In this document: one piece after another, positions 11,390-22,973 of the stretch
Layout of the letters: each line of letters begins with the position of its first letter
Position numbering within the stretch: position 1 is the first letter of the stretch
Assembly (NCBI GenBank): GCA_965140785.1
Contig: OZ223481.1
Location: 192,001-256,000, forward strand
Origin: an uncultured Ruficoccus sp.
GTDB lineage: Bacteria > Verrucomicrobiota > Verrucomicrobiia > Opitutales > Cerasicoccaceae
DNA: 64,000 nt
Direction: 5' to 3'
Translations under genes and position numbers: made by a program
The notes under the pieces: generated by a model
Told to the model about the DNA's origin: nothing
Databases searched by the model: none
What the model saw: only the letters and a program-made list of their open reading frames with translations

Positions 11390-12017
11390 GCAAGCGACTT
11401 TCACCGAACTCGACGGGTATGCCGCCGCCCAAGCGCGCTCCCGCCAGCGTCGTCAGGAGTTAGCGAAGTGGTGCCGCACCCACCTCGACCCGGCCGAGCC
11501 GTTCGTGCTGGAGTTCGGCTGCGGGCACGGGCATTTTTTGGCCGCCTTCGCCGAGGCCCACCCCGAGCGCCACTGCGTGGGCATCGATATCATGACCAAG
11601 CGCATTGAGAAGGCCACCGCCAAGGCGGCCAAGCGCGGGCTGGACCGGCTGCACTTCCTCAAGGCCGAGGCGGACGAATTCCTCGCCGCGCTCCGGGGCT
11701 ACGCCCGGGCCGAGCTGGTCTTCATGCTCTTTCCCGACCCGTGGCCGAAAAAGCGCCACCACAAGCACCGCATGGTGCAGACGGGTTTTCTCGACGAGCT
11801 GGCCGACGTCACCGTTCCGGGGGGGCGCTTCTGCTTCCGCACCGACCACGACGACTATCATCTCTGGACCGCCGACCACCTGTATCGGCACCCGCGCTGG
11901 GAGATCCAGCCCGCCGAGCCCTGGCCATTTGAGTATGCCACCTACTTCCAGGGGCACATGGAGGCCTACCGGTCAGTGATCGGCAGGGTCCGGCTGGACC
12001 AGCATTCAAAGGCGTAG
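11382..12017 (+). CDS. trmB: tRNA (guanine-N7)-methyltransferase
   Basis: LEFGCGHG, FPDPWPKKRHHKHR, FRTD. Confidence 0.93.
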   Translation: MPEQATFTELDGYAAAQARSRQRRQELAKWCRTHLDPAEPFVLEFGCGHGHFLAAFAEAHPERHCVGIDIMTKRIEKATAKAAKRGLDRLHFLKAEADEFLAALRGYARAELVFMLFPDPWPKKRHHKHRMVQTGFLDELADVTVPGGRFCFRTDHDDYHLWTADHLYRHPRWEIQPAEPWPFEYATYFQGHMEAYRSVIGRVRLDQHSKA

Positions 12018-12083
12018 CCGACTTTCTGGCGACGTAGGGGGCAAACTCCCTCATGGCCAGATAGCCAGCAGGTGCACACCCGC
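12012..12083 (-). repeat. REP-like multi-hairpin element, family 1 (degenerate copy)
   Basis: Minus strand reads gcgggtgtgcacctgc...tgagggagtttgccccctacgtcgccagaaagtcggctacgc, similar to the copy at 41330. Confidence 0.7.
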
Positions 12084-12088
12084 TTCAA

Positions 12089-12595
12089 CTAGGCGGCGCC
12101 GAGCTGGACGCGTTCTTCGGCGAGAAGGCGGCGCTTGAGGGGCAGGCCCCAGCGAAATCCGCCCAATGAGCCGTCCTGTCGGATGACGCGGTGGCAGGGG
12201 ATGAGCCAGGCGAGGGGATTGCGCCCAATGGCGGTGCCGACGGCGCGGGTGGCCCGGGGGCGGCCCACGGTGCGGGCGATGTCGGCGTAGGTGCGGGTTT
12301 CTCCGGCGGGGATGGCCTGGAGGGCTTCCCAGACGGCCCGCTGGAACGCGGTCCCCTGCGGAGCGGTCGGGACGGCTTCTCCGGCAAAAACCCGGTCGGC
12401 CAACTGACGGGCGCGAACGTCGTTGCGGACGAAGTCCTGACCCAGCCCGGCGGCGGTCAGGACGGCGAGGGGCTCGTCGTCCGCTTGGAGAAATCCCAGA
12501 TAGACGAGCTGCTGGTCGCGCTCGGCGAGAAGACAGGGGCCGTACGGAGAGTCGGCCAAGCCGTAAGTGCTCGGGGACACCGAAATCATGCTCAT
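12089..12595 (-). CDS. ogt: Methylated-DNA--protein-cysteine methyltransferase
   Basis: GTAFQRAVW, IPAGETRTY, active-site IPCHRV. Confidence 0.93.
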   Translation of the reverse strand: MSMISVSPSTYGLADSPYGPCLLAERDQQLVYLGFLQADDEPLAVLTAAGLGQDFVRNDVRARQLADRVFAGEAVPTAPQGTAFQRAVWEALQAIPAGETRTYADIARTVGRPRATRAVGTAIGRNPLAWLIPCHRVIRQDGSLGGFRWGLPLKRRLLAEERVQLGAA

Positions 12596-12813
12596 AAAAT
12601 ATCCAGCGAGACCAGCATGGCAAGCTGCCCCAGCAAAGTTAACAAAAGTAAAACATAGACCCAGATGCTGAAGAGGTCGGGATTCAGGCGCCGCTCAACC
12701 GGCCAGGGTTTCGCCTTAGCTGGATGATTAACAGCAGGTTCCGGAACGCCGGAAGTGGGCTTGCGCTTCTCCCAGTCGCTGAGGGCGCCGGTCAGATCCT
12801 TGGGGCTGGGCAT
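12592..12813 (-). CDS. Small hypothetical membrane protein
   Basis: 73 aa with a C-terminal hydrophobic helix; stop overlaps the ogt start (ATGA). Confidence 0.55.
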   Translation of the reverse strand: MPSPKDLTGALSDWEKRKPTSGVPEPAVNHPAKAKPWPVERRLNPDLFSIWVYVLLLLTLLGQLAMLVSLDIL

Positions 12814-13037
12814 GGGTTCAGTCACGCAAAACAGCCCCTTTTCGTCAAGCCGGGAGCGTGCACACCCTGCATAACGATTCCTAATTAATGCCACGCTGGC
12901 TTGTCTCCAGGCCCTTGAAAGCGAATAGAGAGTTGACGATGATTCCTGTGGATTCGAGTGTTGACGCGTCCTGCAGGATACGTCAAAGCGTATGCCCTTT
13001 ATTCAAATCTCTCTCCAGCTCCATTAGCTCAAGTATC

Positions 13038-14000
13038 ATGTCCGTGCCCCCCAAAACGGCGCTACTCACCGGTACCTTAACTCTCTTTACGACATGTGCC
13101 TTCGCCTCCGGCGACGGCGCGGTCAGCCCCTACGCGTATGAACTGACCGAGTTCCTGGGGCTGCCCATCACCAACGCCATGTTCACGGGCTGGGTGCTGT
13201 CGATCCTGCTGATCCTCGCGATCCGTCTCATGGTGGGCCGCGCGACCCTGATCCCGAAAGCCGGCCAGGCCATGGTGGAGGGGCTGGTTCAGTGGGTCTA
13301 TGACACGATGGCCCCGATCGTGGGCAAGCGGTTGATCAAGAAAGTCTTTCCGCTGCTGCTGTGCCTGTTCACCTACATCCTGATCATGAACTGGAGCGGG
13401 CTGCTGCCCGGCGTGGGCACCTTCGGGCACTTCGTGCCGACTGAAGAGATTTCGCAAATGGAAGCCCTCCATCTTGAGGAAGAAGGTCAACTGGTCAAAG
13501 AAGTGGACGGCAAATACTACGAAGGTCACTTCAATTATTTTTTCCGTCCGGTCAATTCCGACCTGAATACCACTCTGGCCCTCTCTATTATTTCCTTCAT
13601 TGCCTGGATCTGGTTCGTTTTTAAATACGTGGGGGTAAACGCGCTCAGACACGACCTCTTCGGTAACAAGGCGGATAAAAAGGAAGTCCCCGCCGCGATC
13701 TACTTCGTCCTCTTCGGGGTTTTCTTCGGGGTGGGGATTATTGAGGTTCTTTCTATTTTCTTCCGTCTGGTGTCTCTGCCTTTCCGACTCTTCGGCAACG
13801 TTTTCGGGGGCGAAAACCTGCTGACCAGCATGCACGGTATGTTCGAGTGGATACTGCCGGTGCCCTTTTACTTCCTGGAAATCCTCATCGGCTTTGTCCA
13901 AGCCCTCGTTTTCACTCTCTTGACGGCTGTGTACATTGGCCTGATCTGCAATCACGAAGGCCCGGAGGAACACGCCAAGGCAAACGCCAACGCCCATTAA
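13038..14000 (+). CDS. atpB: F0F1 ATP synthase subunit a
   Basis: SLPFRLFGNVFGGE, VQALVFTLLTAVYI; first gene of the atp operon. Confidence 0.96.
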   Translation: MSVPPKTALLTGTLTLFTTCAFASGDGAVSPYAYELTEFLGLPITNAMFTGWVLSILLILAIRLMVGRATLIPKAGQAMVEGLVQWVYDTMAPIVGKRLIKKVFPLLLCLFTYILIMNWSGLLPGVGTFGHFVPTEEISQMEALHLEEEGQLVKEVDGKYYEGHFNYFFRPVNSDLNTTLALSIISFIAWIWFVFKYVGVNALRHDLFGNKADKKEVPAAIYFVLFGVFFGVGIIEVLSIFFRLVSLPFRLFGNVFGGENLLTSMHGMFEWILPVPFYFLEILIGFVQALVFTLLTAVYIGLICNHEGPEEHAKANANAH

Positions 14001-14324
<324 letters not shown>

Positions 14325-14391
14325 ACCTTATTTGCTTTGGCGCCCGGTCACGCTGGCCGGGCGCTGAATCAACCCCTTTCCTTTTCCTCCC

Positions 14392-14949
14392 ATGCTCAAT
14401 AATTTCCTCATTCTTGCCGCCACCGAGGAAGCTTCGAATCCGATACAGGCGCTCAGCAACAGCTTCCACCTCGAGTGGCACCTGCTGCTGGCCCAGGCCA
14501 TCAACTTCATTGTGGTGGCCTTCGTCCTGTGGAAGTTCGCCTTCAAGCCCGTCGTTTCGACCCTGGATACGCGCCGCAAAAAGATCGAGGACGGCCTCCA
14601 GTACGCCGAGGAGATGAAGGCCCGCCTGGCCGACGCCGAAAAACAGTACGCCGAGAAGATGAAGGAAGCCGCCATCGAGGGCTCCCAAATCATCGAAGAG
14701 GCCCGCGAGAACGCCAAGACCTACCTGGAAAAACAGACCCAGGAGGCCGTTTCGAAGGCCGAGGCCATCATGGCCAAGGGCCGCGAATCGGTCGAGCTTG
14801 AGCGCAAGCAGATGCTTTCCGAGCTACGCCGCGAAGTCGCCCACCTCGTCGTGCAGACCTCCGGCAAGGTCCTCAACCGCGACCTCTCCGCCGAGGAGAA
14901 AACCCGTTTCAACGACGCCGCCGCCAAGGAACTCTACAGCAAAAACTGA
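14392..14949 (+). CDS. atpF: ATP synthase subunit b
   Basis: QAINF..LWKFAFKP..L..R...I, coiled coil, operon position. Confidence 0.95.
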   Translation: MLNNFLILAATEEASNPIQALSNSFHLEWHLLLAQAINFIVVAFVLWKFAFKPVVSTLDTRRKKIEDGLQYAEEMKARLADAEKQYAEKMKEAAIEGSQIIEEARENAKTYLEKQTQEAVSKAEAIMAKGRESVELERKQMLSELRREVAHLVVQTSGKVLNRDLSAEEKTRFNDAAAKELYSKN

Positions 14950-14967
14950 CCCGGCCCGCCCGTTCTC

Positions 14968-15372
14968 ATGGACCGCAAAACCGAAGACCACCTCAAAGCC
15001 TTTGCCCGCAAGCTTGTCGAGCTCTCCCTCGACGAATCCGGGCGCGTCAGCGCCGAGCGGGTGGGGGACGTGCTCAGCGCGCTTGAGCAAAGCCCGCCGC
15101 GTCACCTGCGCGCCCTGCTCAAGCAGTACCTGGTGTACATCCGCCAGGAGCTGGCCCGCAGCCAGGCCAAGGTCGAGTACGCCGGCGAGCTTTCCGAATC
15201 CACCTTTAACGAAATCCGCGACGAGCTCAGCGAACACTATTCGCGCTCGGTGGAAATCATCGCCAAGGAAAATCCCGAGCTGATCGCGGGCTTCCGTGTG
15301 GCCATCGGTGACGACGTTTACGACGCCTCGCTGGCCGGTCGGCTCCAGTCCCTTGAGACCGCCATCGCCTGA
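14968..15372 (+). CDS. atpH: ATP synthase subunit delta (short form, 134 aa)
   Basis: C-terminal NPELIAGFRVAIGDDVYDASLAGRL; operon position. Confidence 0.9.
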   Translation: MDRKTEDHLKAFARKLVELSLDESGRVSAERVGDVLSALEQSPPRHLRALLKQYLVYIRQELARSQAKVEYAGELSESTFNEIRDELSEHYSRSVEIIAKENPELIAGFRVAIGDDVYDASLAGRLQSLETAIA

Positions 15373-15421
15373 CCTTTATCATTTATCTATTTAACCACTC
15401 TCTGATCACCCCCGCATTTTT

Positions 15422-16966
15422 ATGAGCACCGTTCTTGAACAAATCCAGGCCGAGATAGCCAAGCTGGAGACCCAGGCTGTCAAAACCAACGTCGGCCGTA
15501 TCGTACAGATCGCCGACGGCGTGGCCCGCCTCGACGGCCTCTCCGAGGTCATGTACAACGAGATGATCGAGTTCCCCGGCGGCGTGTACGGCATCGCCCT
15601 GAACCTCGAAGCGGACGAGGTCGGCGTCATCATCCTCGGCGACCCCGCCGGACTGAAAGAAGGTGACGAGGCCCATACCACCGGTCGCCTGCTCTCCGTC
15701 CCCGTCGGTAAGACCCTCCTGGGCCGTGTGGTGGACGCCCTGGGCGCTCCTATCGACGGCAAGGGCCCGATCGAGGCCGAGGCCACCTACCCGGTGGAGA
15801 AGATCGCCCCCGGCATCATCCCCCGCAAGTCCGTGGACCAGCCGGTGCAGACCGGCATCATGGCCATTGACGCGATGATCCCGATCGGCCGCGGCCAGCG
15901 TGAGCTGATCATCGGCGACCGCGCCACCGGTAAGACGACCGTGGCCATCGACACGATCATCAACCAGGCCCAGATCAACGAGCAGCACAAGAACGAGGAC
16001 GGCTCCTTCGAGGAAGGCTTCCGCCCCATTTATTCCATTTACGTGGCCATCGGGCAGAAGCAGTCCAACATTGCCCGCACGATCAAGTCCCTTGAAGCCG
16101 CCGACGCGCTCAAGTACTGCACGATTGTGGCCGCCCCCGCCGCCGACAATCCGGCCAACCAGTACATCGCGCCCTTCTCCGGCGCGGCCATGGGCGAGTA
16201 CTTCATGCACAACGGCATGGACGCGCTCATCGTCTTCGACGACCTTTCCAAGCACGCCGTGGCCTACCGCCAGATTTCGCTCGTGCTTAAGCGCCCCGCC
16301 GGTCGTGAAGCCTATCCGGGCGACGTTTTCTACCTGCACAGCCGCCTGCTGGAGCGTTCCGCCCGCGTGAACGAGGAAAACGGCAACGGCTCGCTGACCG
16401 CGCTGCCGATCATTGAGACCCAGGCCGGCGACGTGTCCGCGTACATCCCGACGAACGTCATTTCTATCACCGACGGTCAGATCTTTCTGGAGACCGACCT
16501 GTTCAACCAGGGCGTACGCCCGGCCATCAACGTCGGTATCTCCGTTTCGCGTGTCGGTTCCGCCGCTCAGGTCAAGGCCATGAAGCAGGTTGCCGGTAAG
16601 GTGAAGGGCCAGTTGGCCCAGTACCGCGAGCTGGCGGCCTTCGCGCAGTTCGGCTCCGACCTGGACGCCCGCACCAAGGCCACCCTCGACAAGGGCGACC
16701 GCATGGTCGAGCTGTTCAAGCAGCCGCCCCTTTCGCCCAAGCGCACCGAGGTGCAGGTCGCCCTCATCTGGACCGTCCAGAACGACCTTCTGAACGACAT
16801 CCCGGTGAAAAAGATCGCCGAGGCTGTCACCTCCTTGCAGGAGCACCTGATCGCCTCGAAGCCCGGCCTGTTGGACAAGATCCGCACCGGCGGCAAGCTT
16901 TCCGACGAAACCACCGCCGAGCTGAAGGCCGCCATCGAGGAGTGGAAGAAGACCTTCGTCGCCTGA
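15422..16966 (+). CDS. atpA: ATP synthase subunit alpha
   Basis: [29 protein letters not shown]. Confidence 0.99.
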   Translation: MSTVLEQIQAEIAKLETQAVKTNVGRIVQIADGVARLDGLSEVMYNEMIEFPGGVYGIALNLEADEVGVIILGDPAGLKEGDEAHTTGRLLSVPVGKTLLGRVVDALGAPIDGKGPIEAEATYPVEKIAPGIIPRKSVDQPVQTGIMAIDAMIPIGRGQRELIIGDRATGKTTVAIDTIINQAQINEQHKNEDGSFEEGFRPIYSIYVAIGQKQSNIARTIKSLEAADALKYCTIVAAPAADNPANQYIAPFSGAAMGEYFMHNGMDALIVFDDLSKHAVAYRQISLVLKRPAGREAYPGDVFYLHSRLLERSARVNEENGNGSLTALPIIETQAGDVSAYIPTNVISITDGQIFLETDLFNQGVRPAINVGISVSRVGSAAQVKAMKQVAGKVKGQLAQYRELAAFAQFGSDLDARTKATLDKGDRMVELFKQPPLSPKRTEVQVALIWTVQNDLLNDIPVKKIAEAVTSLQEHLIASKPGLLDKIRTGGKLSDETTAELKAAIEEWKKTFVA

Positions 16967-16970
16967 TCCC

Positions 16971-17846
16971 ATGCCCAGCACCAAGGAAATTCGAGGCCGC
17001 ATCAAGGCGGTCAAGAACACCGGCCAGATCACCCGGGCGATGCAGTTGGTGGCCGCTTCCAAGATGAAGCGGGCGCAGGACGACGCCATTTCCAGCCGGC
17101 CCTACGCCATGCTTCTGGCCGAAATCCTCGAGTCGGTCGCCGATCAGGAGACGGAGTTTCATCACCCGCTCCTGGAAGGCCGCGAAGTCAAAAAGCGGGG
17201 CATCCTCGTCATTTCGACCGATAAGGGCCTGTGCGGCGCGCTCAACGCCAACCTTTTCAAGGAGATCATCAAGATCAAGGAGCCGACCGCCTACGTCTCC
17301 ATCGGGCGCAAGGCCACCCAGTTCCTCAGCCGCACCCACCGCGAGCTCAAGGCCGACTTCACCATCTCGGACAAGGTCGCCTACCATGAGATTCGCGCGG
17401 TGGTGGAGTTCATGCTCAACCTCTACTACGAGGGCGAGATCGACACCATCGAGGTGCTCTCCAACCGCTTCATCAACACGCTCACCCAGGAGCCGAACCT
17501 CGCCCGCCTGGCCCCGATGGACCAGCTGCGCGAGCAGATCGACCGCCTGCGCAAGCGCGAGAAGATCGAACTGGCCGAGACCCACCAGGACGAGCGCGAG
17601 TTCCTTTTCGAGCCCGACGCCAAGGCGATCCTGCAGGAGCTCCCCAACCTCTTTATCAAGGAAGAGATCATGCACATGGCAGTCGAGGCCAAGGCCTCCG
17701 AGCACAGCGCCCGCATGGTCGCCATGAAGGCCGCCACCGACAACGCCAAGAACCTCGTCGGCGATCTCACCCTCGAATACAACAAGGCCCGTCAGGCCGC
17801 CATCACCCAGGAAATCATCGAAATCGCGGCCGCCGCCGCCGTTTAA
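16971..17846 (+). CDS. atpG: ATP synthase subunit gamma
   Basis: ITRAMQLVAASK, DKGLCG, YNKARQAAITQEIIEI. Confidence 0.98.
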   Translation: MPSTKEIRGRIKAVKNTGQITRAMQLVAASKMKRAQDDAISSRPYAMLLAEILESVADQETEFHHPLLEGREVKKRGILVISTDKGLCGALNANLFKEIIKIKEPTAYVSIGRKATQFLSRTHRELKADFTISDKVAYHEIRAVVEFMLNLYYEGEIDTIEVLSNRFINTLTQEPNLARLAPMDQLREQIDRLRKREKIELAETHQDEREFLFEPDAKAILQELPNLFIKEEIMHMAVEAKASEHSARMVAMKAATDNAKNLVGDLTLEYNKARQAAITQEIIEIAAAAAV

Positions 17847-17868
17847 ACTCCACTCTCACACCCTTTAA

Positions 17869-19299
<1,431 letters not shown>

Positions 19300-19311
19300 C
19301 CGCTCCCGCCC

Positions 19312-19728
19312 ATGCCTCTGACACTTGAAATCGTCACCCCCGAAGGTAAGGCCTTCAACGGTGAAGTGGCCGACGTGATCCTGCCCACCGCCAATGGCGA
19401 CGTGGACATCCTCCCCGGCCACCAACCGATGATGACCATCATCGAGGCCGGCGAGGTCCAGGCCACTATGGCCGGCGGCAGCCGCGAATACCTGGCCGTG
19501 GACAAGGGCTTCGCCCGCGTGCAAAACGACGTGGTTTCTGTCCTGGCCGAGGGCGCGATCAACATCCAGGAGATCGACCTGAACTTCGTCGAGGACGCCC
19601 GGCAGAAGGCTGAAGCCGCGCTGAAAAAGGCCCGCGAGGAAGGCCACGACCCGGCCCAGATCGAAAAGCTCGAGTCCATCGCCCGCTTCGCCGTCACCCA
19701 GCAACTGGTCAAGCGCAAGAAACACTAG
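19312..19728 (+). CDS. atpC: ATP synthase subunit epsilon
   Basis: LEIVTPE, G..DILPGH, last gene of the operon. Confidence 0.96.
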   Translation: MPLTLEIVTPEGKAFNGEVADVILPTANGDVDILPGHQPMMTIIEAGEVQATMAGGSREYLAVDKGFARVQNDVVSVLAEGAINIQEIDLNFVEDARQKAEAALKKAREEGHDPAQIEKLESIARFAVTQQLVKRKKH

Positions 19729-19789
19729 CTCCGGCTGGAGCAGCATTCAGGGGCTAACGCCCCTACGCCGCCAGAAAGGCGGCTACCCC
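19728..19789 (+). repeat. REP-like multi-hairpin element, family 1
   Basis: gctccggctggagc...aggggctaacgcccctacgccgccagaaaggcggctacccc. Confidence 0.8.
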
Positions 19790-19877
19790 AGCCTTTCATC
19801 TGGATCATCACCCGGAACGTTCGCACCCGGAGTTTTTGCTTCCCGTCGGGGCCGCACTCAGGCAAGCTGACCGCTTC

Positions 19878-20417
19878 ATGTCCCTGTTTCTGGCAACATT
19901 ACTGACCGGCCTCGTCCTGCTCGCCCTCGGCGGCTGGTTCCTGTGGAACGGCCCTCCCGTACGCGAAGCGACCTTCGGGTGGCTGCGCTCGACTCCGGCG
20001 GCGGTGGTGCTTTTCGGCGGGGCGGCGCTGTGGTTTCTCTGGCACATCGCCCACCTGGGCAAGGCCGACTTCGGCGATTACAAGCAGCTCCTGCTGCTGG
20101 TGTTCGGCGTGACCGCGCTGGGCTCGTTTTTCTTCGTCAAGGACTTCCTCCCAGTGCGGGGCCTGGCCGTGCTGATTCTGCTCAGCGCCCGTCCGCTTCT
20201 GGATACGGCCTACATGCAGTTCGACCACCCGCAGCGGCTGTTCATGGTGAGCGTGGTTTATCTGGCCATCGTCATCGCCCTGATCGTGGGTGCCTCGCCC
20301 TTCCGCCTGCGCAACTTTTTCACCTGGCTCTTCGCACAGAGCGTCCGGGTGCGTGCCCTCGGAGGTGTCCTTGCGGCCTATGGGGCGCTGCTGTTCATCA
20401 CGGCCTTCACCTACTGA
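19878..20417 (+). CDS. Hypothetical multi-pass membrane protein
   Basis: About 6 hydrophobic segments; 6 bp from gmk. Confidence 0.8.
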   Translation: MSLFLATLLTGLVLLALGGWFLWNGPPVREATFGWLRSTPAAVVLFGGAALWFLWHIAHLGKADFGDYKQLLLLVFGVTALGSFFFVKDFLPVRGLAVLILLSARPLLDTAYMQFDHPQRLFMVSVVYLAIVIALIVGASPFRLRNFFTWLFAQSVRVRALGGVLAAYGALLFITAFTY

Positions 20418-20423
20418 TCCAGC

Positions 20424-21032
20424 ATGAGCGCCACAGACCCTGCCCAGGCCAAGCTGATCGTCCTTTCCGGTCCCGCCGGCAGCGGTAAAACCACCCTGTG
20501 CGAGCGCCTGCTGGCCGAACAGTCCGGCGTTCGCCGTGTGATCACCTGCACCACTCGCCAGCCGCGCGAGGGAGAGGTTCACGGGCGCGACTACTATTTT
20601 CTGAGCCCGGAGGAGTTCGAGCGGGGCATCGCAACGGGCGATTTCTATGAGCACGCCCGGGTGCACGGTCGCTACTACGGCACGCTCAAGAGCGAGATCG
20701 ACCGCCAATTGAAGGCCGGGAACAACCTGCTGCTCAACATTGACGTGCAGGGAGCGGCCTCCTTCCGCCAGGCTGAGCGGGAAAATCCCGCTCTGAGTGG
20801 ACGGCTGGTGACGGTTTTTATCACCGTCACCCCCGAGCAGATGCGCGAGCGCATGCGGGGCCGTGGCGACAGCGACGAGGCCGACATCGCCCGGCGGCTC
20901 AAGAGCGCTGAGGACGAGCTGGCGCGGGCTGGGGAGTTCGACCATGTCATTGCCAGCGCGGACAGGGAAAGCGACTATGAACGTCTGCTAATGCTCTACC
21001 AACGCTTAACCAGTGGGGCAACTGGACGATAA
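20424..21032 (+). CDS. gmk: Guanylate kinase
   Basis: GPAGSGKTT, TTRQPREGEVHGRDYYF, YYGT, IDVQGA. Confidence 0.96.
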   Translation: MSATDPAQAKLIVLSGPAGSGKTTLCERLLAEQSGVRRVITCTTRQPREGEVHGRDYYFLSPEEFERGIATGDFYEHARVHGRYYGTLKSEIDRQLKAGNNLLLNIDVQGAASFRQAERENPALSGRLVTVFITVTPEQMRERMRGRGDSDEADIARRLKSAEDELARAGEFDHVIASADRESDYERLLMLYQRLTSGATGR

Positions 21033-21113
21033 AACGTCTCGACTTCGCTTCGCATTGGTTACTAATTAGTACGAGAAATCTTCTCCACACCTATTCCTAA
21101 ACAACTACGCGTT

Positions 21114-21725
21114 ATGAAAAACCTGAGCAAACTCGTCTCCACCGCCGCGGTCTTCGCACTCGGCGCCACCGTCGTCTCCGCCATGGAAAAGGCTCCCGAA
21201 AAAGAGCCCGCTCCCAGCACCACCCAGTACGCCGAAAGCCTCGGCAAGACTGCCAAGTCGGTCGCAACCGAGAACACCCTTAACTCGATCGACTCGCTCA
21301 AGAGTTCCTTCTCGGGCAACAAGGAAGCCAGCAGCCTGCTCAGCTCCGCGATCAACAGCTTCAAAAGCGGCGACTCTCTCAAGTCCCTCGACACGCTGAA
21401 TCAGCTCAGCTCACTCAAGCTGACCGACCAGCAGTCGCAGCTCGTCGGCGAGGTGAAGTCCACGGTTTCGGCCTACACGCTGAACCAAAACTTCGACACC
21501 TCCAACCCCGACATGAGCGGCCCGGTCAACAACGCCATCGCCGCCATCAAGACCGGTGACAAGACCGCCGCGGCCCAGCACCTCGGCGAGATCTACCAGA
21601 TGAGCTCCCTCACCGAGCAGCAGAAGAACGTCCTCAAGAGCGTCGCCAGCGACTACGCCGGCGTGAATTTGGACCAACTGGGAAATGCGGCCAAGGCGGC
21701 TGGCTCGATCAAGGACATGTTCTAA
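21114..21725 (+). CDS. Secreted hypothetical protein with an internal duplicated helical unit
   Basis: Signal peptide MKNLSKLVSTAAVFALGATVVSA; host-like codon usage; own terminator. Confidence 0.8.
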   Translation: MKNLSKLVSTAAVFALGATVVSAMEKAPEKEPAPSTTQYAESLGKTAKSVATENTLNSIDSLKSSFSGNKEASSLLSSAINSFKSGDSLKSLDTLNQLSSLKLTDQQSQLVGEVKSTVSAYTLNQNFDTSNPDMSGPVNNAIAAIKTGDKTAAAQHLGEIYQMSSLTEQQKNVLKSVASDYAGVNLDQLGNAAKAAGSIKDMF

Positions 21726-21755
21726 AACACCTGGAGCGAACCCAAGCTTTTCGAT

Positions 21756-21790
21756 AAAAAGACCGCCCGGAGCTTCCGGGCGGTTTTTTT
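21756..21790. terminator. Bidirectional intrinsic terminator
   Basis: AAAAAG-ACCGCCCGGA-GCT-TCCGGGCGGT-TTTTTT between convergent genes. Confidence 0.9.
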
Positions 21791-21839
21791 GCGTGTACGC
21801 CCTCGCCCTGGGGGATTGTCAGACGCTCCGCTTGCTGGA

Positions 21840-22619
21840 CTACCTGCCGGTGAATTTCGGCGGGCGCTTTTCCTTAAAAGAGCGGACACCTTCCTGGTAG
21901 TCCTCGCTGTCGTACACGCGACGGCGCAGGCCCTGGATCTCCTCAAAAGTCTCGGCGGCCAGCGGCGTGCCCTTGAGCAGCAGGCGGAACTGGTGCTTGA
22001 TCGCGCGGATGGCCAGCGGGGCGTTGGCGGTGATGCTCTCGGCCAGCGCCACGGTAAAACTCTCCAGCTCGGGCGCGGGCACGACATGGTTGACCATGCT
22101 CGCGTTGTGCGCCTGCTGGGCGGAAATGGGCTTGGCGGTGAAAAACATTTCCTTGGCGATCTTCGGGCCGAGGACATTGATGAAGTGCACCACGCCGGAG
22201 GCGTTGTAGGGGAGCCCGAGCTTGGCCGGGGTGATGGCGAAGGTGGAGGTCTCCGCGCACACGATCATGTCGCACGAGATGCACAGGTCGCACGCGCCGC
22301 CCCAGACCGTGCCCTCGACCATCGCGATGACCGGGTAGGGGAAGTCCTGCACGCGGCGCAGGAGCACGCCGAGGCTGTCGTAGTAATTGAGTGGATCGCG
22401 GTGCGTCTCGGGCAGCTCCTTGATATTGTGCCCGGCGCTCCAGACCTTTACCCCCGGCTCTGCCCGCAGGATAACGGTGTAAACTTCCTCCTTTTCAAGC
22501 TCGTCAAACGCCCCTACCAGCGCCTGGACCAGCTCCCCGCTCAGGCAATTGCGCTGCGCGGCGTTGTTGAAGGTAAGGACGCCGGTGTGGCCGTGGAGGG
22601 AGGTCGTAACGAGAGGCAT
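21840..22619 (-). CDS. scpB: Methylmalonyl-CoA decarboxylase (crotonase fold)
   Basis: KVWSAGHNIKELP..RDPLNY.D.L, VWGGA, MFFTAKPISA, YDSEDYQEG resemble E. coli ScpB/YgfG. Confidence 0.85.
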   Translation of the reverse strand: MPLVTTSLHGHTGVLTFNNAAQRNCLSGELVQALVGAFDELEKEEVYTVILRAEPGVKVWSAGHNIKELPETHRDPLNYYDSLGVLLRRVQDFPYPVIAMVEGTVWGGACDLCISCDMIVCAETSTFAITPAKLGLPYNASGVVHFINVLGPKIAKEMFFTAKPISAQQAHNASMVNHVVPAPELESFTVALAESITANAPLAIRAIKHQFRLLLKGTPLAAETFEEIQGLRRRVYDSEDYQEGVRSFKEKRPPKFTGR

Positions 22620-22805
22620 AGCCGCATTTTCCGCCCTCAGACCGCGACCGGCAAGGCCCGAGTTGAGCCCGCGAACGCTTTCAGCGGGGGATTGGGGAAA
22701 AAGATTTGCCCGCGAAGACACGCGATGGGGCGCGAAGTCGGGTTCTTCCGTTTCGGGTTCGCCCCGGTCGCGGGAAAAGGCATCCCTAGCCTTGCCCGCA
22801 GACAT

Positions 22806-22836
22806 AAAAAACCCCGGACGTGATCGTCCGGGGCTT
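22806..22836 (-). terminator. Intrinsic terminator downstream of gndA
   Basis: Minus strand GCCCCGGACG-ATCA-CGTCCGGGGT-TTTTT. Confidence 0.85.
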
Positions 22837-22866
22837 CGAAGCACAATTAAGATATACGGGTGACCC

Positions 22867-22973
22867 GGGGTAGCCGCCTTTCTGGCGGCGTAGGGGCGCA
22901 GCACCACCATGTCCAGTGCGGTCACGCACCGTAGGGGCGCAGCCCCTCAGTCAGATCAAACGCCGAGCGTTTG
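22867..22973 (-). repeat. REP-like multi-hairpin element, family 1 (long copy)
   Basis: Reverse complement is nearly identical to 41351-41435; its 5' hairpin caaacgctcggcgtttg is shared with 44825. Confidence 0.9.
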
